Part shown: positions 8,168 to 17,027 of the stretch, in pieces
Layout: the number at the start of each line of letters is the position of its first letter
How positions within the stretch are numbered: the first letter of the stretch is position 1
Origin: Candidatus Gastranaerophilales bacterium
GTDB lineage: Bacteria > Cyanobacteriota > Vampirovibrionia > Gastranaerophilales > Gastranaerophilaceae
Assembly: GCA_023665105.1 (NCBI GenBank)
Contig: JAMPEO010000001.1
Span: 1 to 37,969, forward strand
Length of the DNA stretch: 37,969 nt
Direction: 5' to 3'
The notes under the pieces: generated by a model
Databases searched by the model: none
Seen by the model: the letters and a program-made list of their open reading frames with translations, nothing else
What the model was told of the DNA's origin: nothing
Made by a program: the position numbers and the translations under genes

Positions 8168-9574
8168 TTAGACGCTAATTATTGCTACGTTTTCTACGTG
8201 ATATGTGTGGCAGAACATATCGAATGGTTTGATACTTTCTACTGTGCATCCTTTATTTATAAGATATTTCAAATCTCTAGCAAGTGTTGCAGGATTGCAG
8301 CTTACATATATTATTTTTGATTTTGTAAGTTTAAGTGTATATTCAAGGCTTTCTTCCGAACAGCCTTTGCGTGGCGGGTCAAGAATTGTTATATCAAATG
8401 TTTTTTCTGATTTTTGCAATTCTTGTTCAAAGAATTTTGCACTATCTTCGTTATATAGATTGATATTATTTATGCCGTTTAATTTTTTTACTTCTTTTGC
8501 GAGTTCTACCGATGCTTTGTTTTCTTCAACAGAAACAACTGCGGAACAATCTTTTGCAACTACCAAACCAAATGCGGATATACCTGCATAAGCGTCTAAA
8601 ACTTTTGGTTTATCAAAATTGGTTTGTATGTAGTTTTTAACATATTTGAAAATGTTTTCAGCACTTTTGGGATTAACTTGAAAGAAAGTATTTGAACCAA
8701 CTTTAAAGATGACATCACATATCTTTTCTTCTATGTAATCTTTTCCATATAATAATATCGTGTCATTTGTCATTATAAGGTTTGTTGGCTTATTATTAAA
8801 GTTTGCTGTTATGCCTGTTATTTTATCAAATTTATCGTATAGTTTTTGAGCAAAATCTTTTATTCTTTCAGGTGCTTTGTTTGCATTTAGAACTAACACT
8901 ACAAGATTAGTGTCATTATATGTGGACGAACGTATCACAACATGTTTTAGCAGTCCTTTATTTTTATTTTCATCGTAACCTTCTATCCCATATTTTGGAG
9001 CATTTTCTCTAATATATTCTATTATTTCATCACAGATTGCAGGTTGGATTGGACAATATTTTATATTAACAATGTCATGCGATTTTGGTTTAAAATATCC
9101 TGCAAGGATACGCTTTGATACTTGAGTTTGTCTTATCGGGTATTGGATTTTATGTCTGTATTCTCTGTTTTGCGGGCTTGGAACAATATCTAAAATTTGT
9201 GTTTCTATTCCACGCATTGAATCTTCAACTATTTGTTTTTTTAATTGTAGTTGATAATTATAATCAATAAATTGCAGCTGGCATGCACCACAGATATTCT
9301 GCATAGGGCAGAATGGTTTTACTCTGTTTGGTGATTTTTCAATAATTTCTACAACTTCTCCAATGTAATAGCTTTTGTTTCTTTTGATTATTTTAATCTT
9401 GCATTTGTCTTGCGGACAGGTTTTATCGACAAATATGACAATGCCGTTATGACGTACTATTCCTTTGCCATCAGAGGATAATTTTTCTATTTCAACGATT
9501 AGTTCATTTTCCATATAATGATTATGCCACAAAAGTGGGGGTAAATGTATTTTTGTTTGAACAGCATTCTCCAT
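8168..9574 (-). CDS. rlmD: 23S rRNA (uracil-C5)-methyltransferase, RumA/RlmD family (TRAM + Fe-S + SAM MTase)
   Basis: TRAM-like N-terminus (VEIEKLSSDGKGIVRHNG...), Cys cluster CPMQNICGACQLQ, and MTase motifs LDAYAGISAFG, DPPRKGC, YVSCNPATLARD. The start is uncertain: the first 20 codons overlap tandem-repeat copy 1, so the internal ATG at 9514 (MENELIVEIEK) is at least as likely. Confidence 0.85.
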   Translation of the reverse strand: MENAVQTKIHLPPLLWHNHYMENELIVEIEKLSSDGKGIVRHNGIVIFVDKTCPQDKCKIKIIKRNKSYYIGEVVEIIEKSPNRVKPFCPMQNICGACQLQFIDYNYQLQLKKQIVEDSMRGIETQILDIVPSPQNREYRHKIQYPIRQTQVSKRILAGYFKPKSHDIVNIKYCPIQPAICDEIIEYIRENAPKYGIEGYDENKNKGLLKHVVIRSSTYNDTNLVVLVLNANKAPERIKDFAQKLYDKFDKITGITANFNNKPTNLIMTNDTILLYGKDYIEEKICDVIFKVGSNTFFQVNPKSAENIFKYVKNYIQTNFDKPKVLDAYAGISAFGLVVAKDCSAVVSVEENKASVELAKEVKKLNGINNINLYNEDSAKFFEQELQKSEKTFDITILDPPRKGCSEESLEYTLKLTKSKIIYVSCNPATLARDLKYLINKGCTVESIKPFDMFCHTYHVENVAIISV

Positions 9575-9720
9575 ATTTGATAAAAGGGGGTAAATGTGTT
9601 TTTTTATTTGAACGAATTTTTAAGACCTAATGAAAGTGGGTAAATGTATTTTTTGTTTGAGCAGATTTTTTAGATTTAATAAAAGAAGTGAATGTAATTT
9701 TTTCTTAAATATAACTATTT
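9536..9720. repeat. four tandem copies of a ~50-bp unit (GKGGGTAAATGTRTTTTT..TTTGARC...)
   Basis: Units start at about 9536, 9586, 9636 and 9685 (the fourth is degenerate: GAAGTGAATGTAATTTTTT). They lie in the divergent rlmD/hydC intergenic region, immediately upstream of the predicted hyd promoter. Confidence 0.8.
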
Positions 9721-9736
9721 ACATATAAAAAATCTG

Positions 9737-9765
9737 TTGTAACCGATATATGTGTGTGATATACT
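9737..9765 (+). promoter_or_regulatory. putative sigma70-type promoter of the hydCBA operon
   Basis: TTGTAA (9737-9742), 17-nt spacer, TATACT (9760-9765). Confidence 0.45.
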
Positions 9766-9820
9766 GATTATGACAGTGTTTATTACATTAAAACCCTTGT
9801 GGTATGAAGGAGAAAATGAT

Positions 9821-10318
9821 ATGACTACAGATTGTCAATCCTCTATAAATTATCGTGATATAGATAATATACTAGAGTCTTATGAATACAACAAAGCGTA
9901 CTTAATAGCTATGTTGCAGAAGGTTCAAGAGATATATAAATATCTTCCTGAAGATGCAATGACATATATTGGTGAGAAAGTTGACGGTATATCGCCGGCT
10001 ACAGTTTATGGTGTAGCAACATTTTACGCACAATTCTCACTTGAGCCGAAAGGCAAATATGAAATAAAAGTTTGTGACGGTACTGCGTGTCACGTTAGGG
10101 GTTCATCTCCTGTTTTAGAAACGATTAAATCAAAGTTGAATCTATCCGAAGGTAAATTTACGACGCCTGACGGATTATTCTCTTTAGAAATAGTTAGTTG
10201 TCTTGGGGCTTGCGGGCTTGCTCCTGCGATTGTTATCAATGATAAAGTTTATCCACAGATGACAAGAGAAGCTGTTTCTACGATTATTGATACACTTATG
10301 AAAGATGAAAGAGAATAA
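9821..10318 (+). CDS. hydC: [FeFe] hydrogenase NuoE-like [2Fe-2S] subunit
   Basis: NuoE/HndA-type thioredoxin-like ferredoxin: VCDGTACHVRG...SCLGACGLAPA. Start set at ATG 9821 (SD AAGGAG 8 nt upstream) because the longer ORF start at 9752 lies upstream of the predicted -10. Confidence 0.85.
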   Translation: MTTDCQSSINYRDIDNILESYEYNKAYLIAMLQKVQEIYKYLPEDAMTYIGEKVDGISPATVYGVATFYAQFSLEPKGKYEIKVCDGTACHVRGSSPVLETIKSKLNLSEGKFTTPDGLFSLEIVSCLGACGLAPAIVINDKVYPQMTREAVSTIIDTLMKDERE

Positions 10319-10319
10319 T

Positions 10320-12182
10320 ATGGAAAAAACAAGTTTGAAAATAAATATTAAAGACGAACAATTAAAAGCACAGGAATATGTTGCAAATCAAGGTTTAAGA
10401 GTTTTGGTTTGTTCCGGTACAGGTTGTATGGCAAACGGTTCTTTAAAAGTTATTGAAAAATTTAGAGAATTAGGTGCTAATGTTTCTACATTGACAGATT
10501 ATGACAAAATGACGGTTGTACCTACAGGTTGTCACGGTTTTTGCGAACAAGGTGTTCTTGTAGTTATTCCGGAATTGCATACTACTTATGTTAAAGTAAA
10601 ATTGGATGATGTAGAAGAAATTTTTAATTCTCATATCAAAGAGGGAAAGCCTGTTGAAAGACTTTTATATACTGACCCTGCGACAGGAAATAAAGTTTCT
10701 AAATCAGAAGAAATCAATTTCTATGCGAAGCAAACCAGAACAGCTCTTGCAAACTGCGGTAAGATAAATGCAGAATGTTTACAAGAATCTATTGCTGTTC
10801 GTGGTTATGAGGCATTAGCAAAAGTTATTGAAGCTAACGACCCTGATGCAGTAATTACAGAGATAGAAAATTCAGGTCTTAGAGGTCGTGGAGGCGGCGG
10901 GTTCTCTACCGGCAGAAAATGGCGTTCCGTATCTAAACACAAAGGTGGAAAATCTTATGTAATCTGTAACGGTGATGAAGGTGATCCTGGTGCATTTATG
11001 GATAGAAGTGTTATGGAAGGTGACCCTCATAAACTTCTTGAAGGTATGGCTATTGCGGCATTTGCTATTGGTGCAGATGAAGGCTATATTTATGTTAGAG
11101 CAGAATATCCGTTAGCTATTCATCGTTTGAGAGTAGCTATTAAAGAGGCTGAGGAAAATAATTATCTTGGTAAAAATATTATGGGTACTGATTTCTCTTT
11201 TGAAATCCATATCAAAGAGGGTGCCGGAGCATTTGTGTGCGGTGAATCATCAGCTTTGATTGCTTCAATCGAGGGTGAAAGAGGTATGCCAAGACCTAAA
11301 AATATTCACATGGCAGAAAAAGGGTTGTTCCAAAGACCAACTTTATTGAATAATGTTGAAACATTTGCGAATGTACCATTGATTATTCTTAAAGGTGCTG
11401 ATTGGTTCAGTTCAATGGGTACAGAAGGTTCTAAAGGTACAAAAACATTTGCACTTACGGGTGAAGTTAATAATACCGGTCTTATTGAAGTTCCGATGGA
11501 TACGACATTACGTCAGATTGTATTTGATTTGGGCGGTGGTATTAGAAACGGTAAGAAATTTAAAGCTGTTCAGATTGGTGGCCCGTCAGGCGGATGTTTG
11601 ACAGAAGAACATCTTGATATGCCTATGGATTACGATAGTCTTAAAAAAGTTGGTGCTATGGTTGGTTCCGGCGGACTTGTAATTATGAATGAAGATACTT
11701 GTATTGTTGAAGTAGCAAGATTCTTTATGAACTTTACTCAGCACGAGAGCTGTGGAAAATGTACACCTTGCAGAGAGGGTACTAAGAATATGCTTGCTAT
11801 TCTACAAAAAATAGTTGATGGCAAGGGTACAATGGAAGATTTGGACACTCTTGAAGAGTTGGCTCATATTGTTCAGGAAGGTTCATTGTGTGGGTTAGGT
11901 AAATCTGCACCAAATCCTGTTTTATCAACACTTAAGTATTTCAGAGATGAATATATTGCTCATATCAAAGATAAGAAATGCCCTGCAGGCGTTTGTACTG
12001 CAATGCAAACTTATACTATTGATGCAGAAAAATGTAAAGGTTGTTCTAAATGTGCAAGAAATTGCCCTGTTGGAGCAATTAGCGGTGAGCTAAAATCACC
12101 TTACAAAATAGATAAGGACAAATGTATCAAGTGTGGTGCTTGTATGAGCGGTTGTCCGTTTAAGGCAATAGAAAAATCATAA
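10320..12182 (+). CDS. hydB: [FeFe] hydrogenase NuoF-like flavoprotein subunit (NADH/FMN, Fe-S)
   Basis: NuoF signatures GRGGGGFSTGRKW, CNGDEGDPGAF, ESCGKCTPCREG. Has an N-terminal 2Fe-2S-like domain and a C-terminal 2x[4Fe-4S] ferredoxin (CKGCSKCARNCP, CIKCGACMSGCP). ATG 10320 follows the hydC stop by 1 nt. Confidence 0.9.
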   Translation: MEKTSLKINIKDEQLKAQEYVANQGLRVLVCSGTGCMANGSLKVIEKFRELGANVSTLTDYDKMTVVPTGCHGFCEQGVLVVIPELHTTYVKVKLDDVEEIFNSHIKEGKPVERLLYTDPATGNKVSKSEEINFYAKQTRTALANCGKINAECLQESIAVRGYEALAKVIEANDPDAVITEIENSGLRGRGGGGFSTGRKWRSVSKHKGGKSYVICNGDEGDPGAFMDRSVMEGDPHKLLEGMAIAAFAIGADEGYIYVRAEYPLAIHRLRVAIKEAEENNYLGKNIMGTDFSFEIHIKEGAGAFVCGESSALIASIEGERGMPRPKNIHMAEKGLFQRPTLLNNVETFANVPLIILKGADWFSSMGTEGSKGTKTFALTGEVNNTGLIEVPMDTTLRQIVFDLGGGIRNGKKFKAVQIGGPSGGCLTEEHLDMPMDYDSLKKVGAMVGSGGLVIMNEDTCIVEVARFFMNFTQHESCGKCTPCREGTKNMLAILQKIVDGKGTMEDLDTLEELAHIVQEGSLCGLGKSAPNPVLSTLKYFRDEYIAHIKDKKCPAGVCTAMQTYTIDAEKCKGCSKCARNCPVGAISGELKSPYKIDKDKCIKCGACMSGCPFKAIEKS

Positions 12183-12201
12183 GGTATAAGGAAATATAAA
12201 T

Positions 12202-13956
12202 ATGGGTAAAATGATTATAAATGGTAAAGAATGTGAGTTTTCTGATGAAAGAAACGTTCTTGAGGTAATAAGAAAACACGGATTTAATGTCCCTACATTT
12301 TGCTACAGACCTGATTTAACAAAAGATTTTGGTGCTTGTAGGATGTGTGTAGTGGAAGTTGAAGGCAGAGGTGTTCAAACATCTTGTACAATGCCTCCTC
12401 GTGATGGTGCTGTTATTTATACAAACACAGAAAAGGTTAGAAAGATTAGAAAATCTATTCTAGAGCTTTTGCTTGCTAATCACGATAGAGAATGTACTAC
12501 TTGTGATAAATCAGGTGACTGTGAACTACAAAAATATTCTGCGGAATATGGAATTCGTGATATAAACAAGTTTGTTCCAAAAGAAGGATTGTTGCATATT
12601 GATGACAGTTCTTGTGCATTAGTTAGAGATAACAACAAATGTATTCTTTGCGGAGCTTGTGTTCGTGCTTGTGAAGAGCATCAAGGATTGCAGGTTTTGG
12701 GATTTGCAAATCGTGGAAGCAGAACAGTTGTTCAGCCTATGGCAGGAAAATGTCTTGCAGATAGTGAATGTGTAAACTGCGGTCAATGTGCGGCTGTTTG
12801 TCCTACAGGTGCTTTGACTATAAAATCTCAAACTGATGAAGTTTGGAGTGCAATCAATAATCCTGAAAAGAAAGTTGTTGTTCAATTTGCACCATCTGTG
12901 AGAGTTGCTGTTGGTGAGATGTTTGGATTGGAACCTGGTACTAATTCTACAGAACAGCTTAACGCTGCTCTTCGTGCGATTGGGTTTGATTTGGTATTTG
13001 ATACTAATTTCTCAGCAGACCTTACTATTATGGAAGAGGCAAACGAGTTTATCTCACGCTTGGAAAATAATGGTAAATTACCGTTGTTTACATCTTGTTG
13101 TCCTGGTTGGGTTAGATTCTTAGAGCTTCAACATCCTGATATGTTGGAACATTTATCTAGCTGTAAATCTCCGCAAGGTATGATGGGTGCTATTATCAGA
13201 GAGTATCTTCCAGAATATTATGAAGATATCACAGATGAGAACCTTGTTAGTGTTTCTATAATGCCTTGTACTGCAAAGAAAGCAGAAGCATTGAGAGAAG
13301 AGTTTAAACGTGCAGATGGAACTTATGAAATCGATTACGTATTGACAACACAAGAAATAGGTAAAATGATAAAAGCTGCAGGTATTGATTTCAAACGAAT
13401 TAAGGGTAAACCTGCTGATTCTCCGTTCGGTAAGTATACAGGTGCCGGTACAATATTTGGTGTATCAGGCGGCGTAGCGGAAGCAGCTGCGAGAACTGCT
13501 TATGAAGTTGTTACAGGTGAAGAACTTAAAGATGTTGTTATCAATGATATGCGTGGTACAAAACGTGTTAAGACAGTTGAACTTGACCTTAAAGGCAAAA
13601 AACTTAAAGTTAAGATTGTCAATACATTGAAAGAAGCTGAAAAATGTATCAGAGAAATCAAGGACGGAAAGGCTGATTATCAGATTCTGGAAGTTATGGC
13701 TTGTCCAGCTGGTTGTATAAATGGTGGTGGGCAACCAATCAGCTGTAATGATTCTTCTATTAAAGAACAACGTGCAGCAGGGCTTTATGATGACGATGAT
13801 AAGGGGCAATGGAGAAAATCTCACGAGAACCCTGATGTTAAATCACTTTATGAAAAACATTTGGAAAAACCAAATTCTCATAAAGCACACGAACTGTTAC
13901 ATACAACATATTCCAATAAACGTAAAAGTTGTTATATTAGTGCAGGTGAGGAATAG
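12202..13956 (+). CDS. hydA: [FeFe] hydrogenase catalytic subunit (multimeric, bifurcating-type architecture)
   Basis: N-terminal 2Fe-2S and 4Fe-4S domains. H-cluster motifs FTSCCPGW, MPCTAKKAE, EVMACPAGCINGGGQP. The gene order NuoE-NuoF-HydA is typical of HydABC. Confidence 0.92.
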   Translation: MGKMIINGKECEFSDERNVLEVIRKHGFNVPTFCYRPDLTKDFGACRMCVVEVEGRGVQTSCTMPPRDGAVIYTNTEKVRKIRKSILELLLANHDRECTTCDKSGDCELQKYSAEYGIRDINKFVPKEGLLHIDDSSCALVRDNNKCILCGACVRACEEHQGLQVLGFANRGSRTVVQPMAGKCLADSECVNCGQCAAVCPTGALTIKSQTDEVWSAINNPEKKVVVQFAPSVRVAVGEMFGLEPGTNSTEQLNAALRAIGFDLVFDTNFSADLTIMEEANEFISRLENNGKLPLFTSCCPGWVRFLELQHPDMLEHLSSCKSPQGMMGAIIREYLPEYYEDITDENLVSVSIMPCTAKKAEALREEFKRADGTYEIDYVLTTQEIGKMIKAAGIDFKRIKGKPADSPFGKYTGAGTIFGVSGGVAEAAARTAYEVVTGEELKDVVINDMRGTKRVKTVELDLKGKKLKVKIVNTLKEAEKCIREIKDGKADYQILEVMACPAGCINGGGQPISCNDSSIKEQRAAGLYDDDDKGQWRKSHENPDVKSLYEKHLEKPNSHKAHELLHTTYSNKRKSCYISAGEE

Positions 13957-13966
13957 ATTAAGATAT

Positions 13967-13995
13967 AAAAGCGGAAGATTTATCTTCCGCTTTTT
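13967..13995 (+). terminator. rho-independent terminator of the hyd operon
   Basis: AAAAGCGGAAGA / TCTTCCGCTTTTT stem-loop followed by a T-run. Confidence 0.8.
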
Positions 13996-14021
13996 GGTTA
14001 TATATAATAGTAACAGAATAT

Positions 14022-14358
14022 GTCACTTTGAATTTACAGCAATAGTAAGTCGGTTTTACTAAACCGACGATTTCGTGTCACTCTGAATTCATTTCAGAGT
14101 CTATTTCCAAACCCACGAAAACATAGATTCTGAAACAAGTTCAGAATGACAACAAAATCGTAGTGTCACCCTGAATTGCGGATTTTGTTTAGAGTGAGTG
14201 ACGAAGTTACGAAACTCGAAGTAGCACGGAGCAAAGTGAACAATAGTTTGCAACGCAAACAAAGTGAGCGACTGCGGAGTGTGGAGCAATAATCCAAGAA
14301 GATTTCAGAGTCTATTTCCGAGCGTATAGAGATAGATGCTGAAGCGTGTTCAGAGTGA
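14022..14358. repeat. cluster of interspersed hairpin/composite repeats (REP/MITE-like)
   Basis: Hairpins ACTCTGAA-TTCAT-TTCAGAGT (14079-14100) and ATTCTGAA-ACAAG-TTCAGAAT (14127-14147). Unit X (14163-14253) is about 85% identical to 17356-17447. Unit Y (14288-14358) matches 16953-17027. The listed ORF 14101-14289 lies inside these repeats and is not credible. Confidence 0.8.
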
Positions 14359-14369
14359 TAATCAATTAG

Positions 14370-14711
14370 CTATCTGACTAATGCAAATCTTCTGTTGATG
14401 AGTTCGTTAGTGTTTTCTTCCAGAGATATGTCATTGCCGTATATTTTGACAAACTTGTCGAACCTCATCATATAAATTGTAGATAATATTCTGCTATCAA
14501 CGTTTACCAGTGAGATGTTATAATCTCTCAGACTTGCGAGCATTAGGAAAAATCTGTTTATACATCTTTCAACATTTTCAAGGTTGATGACGAATTGAGC
14601 AGCTTGTTTTTTGCTCCTGATTTCATTTTCAATGAGCGAAACAGTTGTTTCGTTTATTGATGTGACAGCAGGATTAAGTATATATTTTTTGTTTAGGAGT
14701 TTGGTTTCCAT
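14370..14711 (-). CDS. small STAS-like (anti-sigma-factor-antagonist fold) protein, tentative
   Basis: 113 aa. FVINLENVERCINRFFLMLASL...ISLVNVDSRILSTIYMMRFDKFVKIY parallels the SpoIIAA/STAS pattern (hvLdLs.V.f.DS.gl..L...; l.l.....v...l...gl...f.i). The phosphorylatable DSSG serine is missing. Confidence 0.55.
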   Translation of the reverse strand: METKLLNKKYILNPAVTSINETTVSLIENEIRSKKQAAQFVINLENVERCINRFFLMLASLRDYNISLVNVDSRILSTIYMMRFDKFVKIYGNDISLEENTNELINRRFALVR

Positions 14712-14760
14712 ACTATTATTTTATAGTTTTTGAGATAAAAATATAACTACCATAAAATAT

Positions 14761-14799
14761 AAACTTCCTACAACTTTGGTATAAGATTGTAGGAAGTTT
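14761..14799 (-). terminator. hairpin terminator downstream of the LysM gene
   Basis: AAACTTCCTACAA (14761-14773) / TTGTAGGAAGTTT (14787-14799), a 13-bp stem. On the minus strand it is followed by ATATTTTAT. Confidence 0.5.
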
Positions 14800-14818
14800 G
14801 TTGTTTGATAATTTTTTA

Positions 14819-16678
14819 TTATGATTTCTTTTTCCATCCTTCAGGTAATTTGAGTTCTTGGTTAGGATGAATTGTATCTGAGATTTTCATATTATTTGCT
14901 GCTGCTAATTCATTCATGTTTCCTGGTTTACCCTTGGCATCAACGTATTGATGTGCTATTTTCCAGAAAGATTCACCTTTTTTTACTTTGTGGGTGATAG
15001 ATGCAGCAGGTTTTTCAGATGCTGCTTCAACTTCTTTGGCAGTAAAATCTGAGGAATCTTGATTTACTTCAATAGTATATTTCTTTCCGCCAACGCTTAT
15101 TTCATATTTATTATCCTCTCCGCCGGTAACAGTTGCTCCTTCAATAGGTTTGCCATCAGTGCCTATAACTTCAAACTGTCCATCTCCGTTTGATTTTATA
15201 GTCACTGGTGTTTGAGCTTCTCCACCTTCAGGTGTTGCAGGTGTGAATGATAAATCAGTAACTTTTACATCATTTCCTGTACCGGTAGTTGTTATACTTC
15301 TATCACCATTAGTACCTCCGGTGTAGCTATGTATTGTTGAGTCACCGCTTGTTGTGATTGTATGCGTACCACCATCACTAGGTGGTGTTGCAGTAGTTGT
15401 TGTACTGCTACTTAAAACACTACCGTTATTATTCAATTTTAGTGTAACGGTTGTATTATCACTGGTTTGAGTTAATGTGCCGCCACCATTAGCATTCGGT
15501 GTGTATGTAGCCGGTTGACCGTTGAGTGTTGCTGAATAATTGCCGTTTCCGTCAGGAACTATGCTAAAACTGTCTTCACCACTAGTACCTTTGATAGTTC
15601 CGCCTTTTTTAGCAAGGGCAGCGTTGTCCAGTTTCATATTAGTGTCGTATGCTTTATCGAATGCTTTTGTTATAGCTTTTTCTAGATTTTTATCAGCTTT
15701 TGCTTGTCCTGATTTTACTTTATCATTTAGTTTTGCTATAGCTTTATCTTGATTGCTTTTTAGCTCTGTTTGCGTTTTACCTTTTACATCTTTGCTGCCG
15801 GAATCAATACTATAGCTTTCTACTTCTGTGTTGTATGTAGCAGTAATATCTTGTTGTATAGCCTTAGCCAAGTTGGTATCACTACCGATATTTGATAATT
15901 TGTTGCCAATGATTTCTTGAATGCTTGCGATCTTTATTTCTCCGTCTTTTGCTTTTACGCTTTCGTCTTTGTTGCCGTCATAACTTGCATAAACTGTTGC
16001 CTTGAATTCATCAGTGTTTTGGGCTTTGTCGAATTCTTTGCCTTTAACAGTTCCGTCGCCTGTACCGTTAAGAGCAGCAGTGTTGTTATTAACATCATTT
16101 TGATTGAAATTAACTTCAGGATTATCTTTATAATTATCTATTGCTTTATTTATAGCTTCATTGAATTTCGTCGCAAGTTGTTCGTTGGCAGTCTTGATTT
16201 TGTCTTCTACTGCTTTATTGACGATGCCATCCAATTCTTTTGCTTTTGCATTGACATCTTGTTGTAATTTTGCAGAATCACCCTCTGCGTTTGTTATATC
16301 AACTTTTTTGGCATCTATATTGCCAAATCCGCTTTTTAATAGATTATTGAAAACTTCTGTTGCGTTGAATTTGCCTAAAACATTATTCATTATATTTGTT
16401 TTAGCTGTTGCATCAGAAACTCTGTTATTAAGTTGTGCTTCATAGTCAAGTTTCTTTTGTGCATTCGCAAATAAACTATTGGAATTTGCTTCATCATAGT
16501 TTACTTTTTCATTCTTGTTACCATCATAATTAGAGAAAACTGATTGCGAAATTGATCTGTTGACTTGATCTTTTTTGTCATCAGGCAATTTTGATAATGT
16601 ATAATCTTGATTTGCAGCAGGTGTTGCTCCTGTGCCTTGTACGGCATCCGGATAAAGGTTCATTAAGCCAAAACGCAT
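14819..16678 (-). CDS. large Asn/Lys/Thr-rich protein with a C-terminal LysM peptidoglycan-binding domain and no recognisable signal peptide
   Basis: 619-aa ORF with SD AAGGAGAG upstream. The C-terminal HKVKKGESFWKIAHQY...ISDTIHPNQELKLP is a LysM motif. The N-terminus MRFGLMNLYPDAVQGTG lacks a hydrophobic h-region. Confidence 0.8.
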   Translation of the reverse strand: MRFGLMNLYPDAVQGTGATPAANQDYTLSKLPDDKKDQVNRSISQSVFSNYDGNKNEKVNYDEANSNSLFANAQKKLDYEAQLNNRVSDATAKTNIMNNVLGKFNATEVFNNLLKSGFGNIDAKKVDITNAEGDSAKLQQDVNAKAKELDGIVNKAVEDKIKTANEQLATKFNEAINKAIDNYKDNPEVNFNQNDVNNNTAALNGTGDGTVKGKEFDKAQNTDEFKATVYASYDGNKDESVKAKDGEIKIASIQEIIGNKLSNIGSDTNLAKAIQQDITATYNTEVESYSIDSGSKDVKGKTQTELKSNQDKAIAKLNDKVKSGQAKADKNLEKAITKAFDKAYDTNMKLDNAALAKKGGTIKGTSGEDSFSIVPDGNGNYSATLNGQPATYTPNANGGGTLTQTSDNTTVTLKLNNNGSVLSSSTTTTATPPSDGGTHTITTSGDSTIHSYTGGTNGDRSITTTGTGNDVKVTDLSFTPATPEGGEAQTPVTIKSNGDGQFEVIGTDGKPIEGATVTGGEDNKYEISVGGKKYTIEVNQDSSDFTAKEVEAASEKPAASITHKVKKGESFWKIAHQYVDAKGKPGNMNELAAANNMKISDTIHPNQELKLPEGWKKKS

Positions 16679-16863
16679 AGTTCTCTCCTTACTTTAGTAT
16701 CTTATGTATATACTAAGTATATCGGGGGGATTTCACTAGAAGATTTTTTTGTTACAAACTTTACAATTCGGAAACTCAATCCCCATCATGGTTTTACGGT
16801 AGCATCTATTTCTTGATAATTATAATAACATTTACTATCTCTGTCCAGAGAGTTTAATTCGAA

Positions 16864-17027
16864 GTGTCATGCTGAACTTACGGATTTGCAGTAGGACGAC
16901 GGCGAAGCCTAGCCCGTGAGTAGGAGGAAAACCACGCTTTTCCGACCAGCCGAATAATCCAAGACAGTTTCAGAGTCTGTTTCCATACGTTCAAAGAATA
17001 GATGCTGAAATAAATTCAGCATGACAC
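16864..17027. repeat. composite interspersed repeat (diverged unit X' + unit Y)
   Basis: GTGTCATGCTGAACTTACGGATTTGC... parallels 14163 onward. AATAATCCAAGACAGTTTCAGAGTCTGTTTCC...GATGCTGAAATAAATTCAGCATGAC matches 14288-14358. The ORFs 16909-17193 and 17105-17329 fall in repeat or noncoding sequence. Confidence 0.75.

Noticed and set aside
9536-9720. Possible small CRISPR array (repeated ~28-nt heads separated by ~21-nt segments)
   Set aside because: The 'spacers' are also similar to one another, so the whole 50-bp unit is repeated. The repeats are degenerate, the spacers would be too short, and no cas genes are present. This is a tandem repeat, not CRISPR.
9752-10319. Longer ORF starts for hydC (9752), hydB (10305) and skp (22833)
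   Set aside because: The extensions lack an SD and overlap the predicted promoter or the preceding gene. Internal ATGs with AAGGAG/TAGGAGG-type SDs give N-termini typical of the families.
14101-14289. Listed ORFs inside the repeat clusters (14101-14289, 16909-17193, 17105-17329, 17468-17653, 13721-14062)
   Set aside because: They lie in interspersed repeats, hairpins or terminators, or overlap real genes. They lack an SD and have repeat-derived sequence (e.g. VMLNLFQHL).
16724-16729. G6 (C6 on the coding strand) tract about 50 nt upstream of the LysM gene as a promoter phase-variation switch
   Set aside because: The tract is short, and I could not place convincing -35/-10 hexamers around it.
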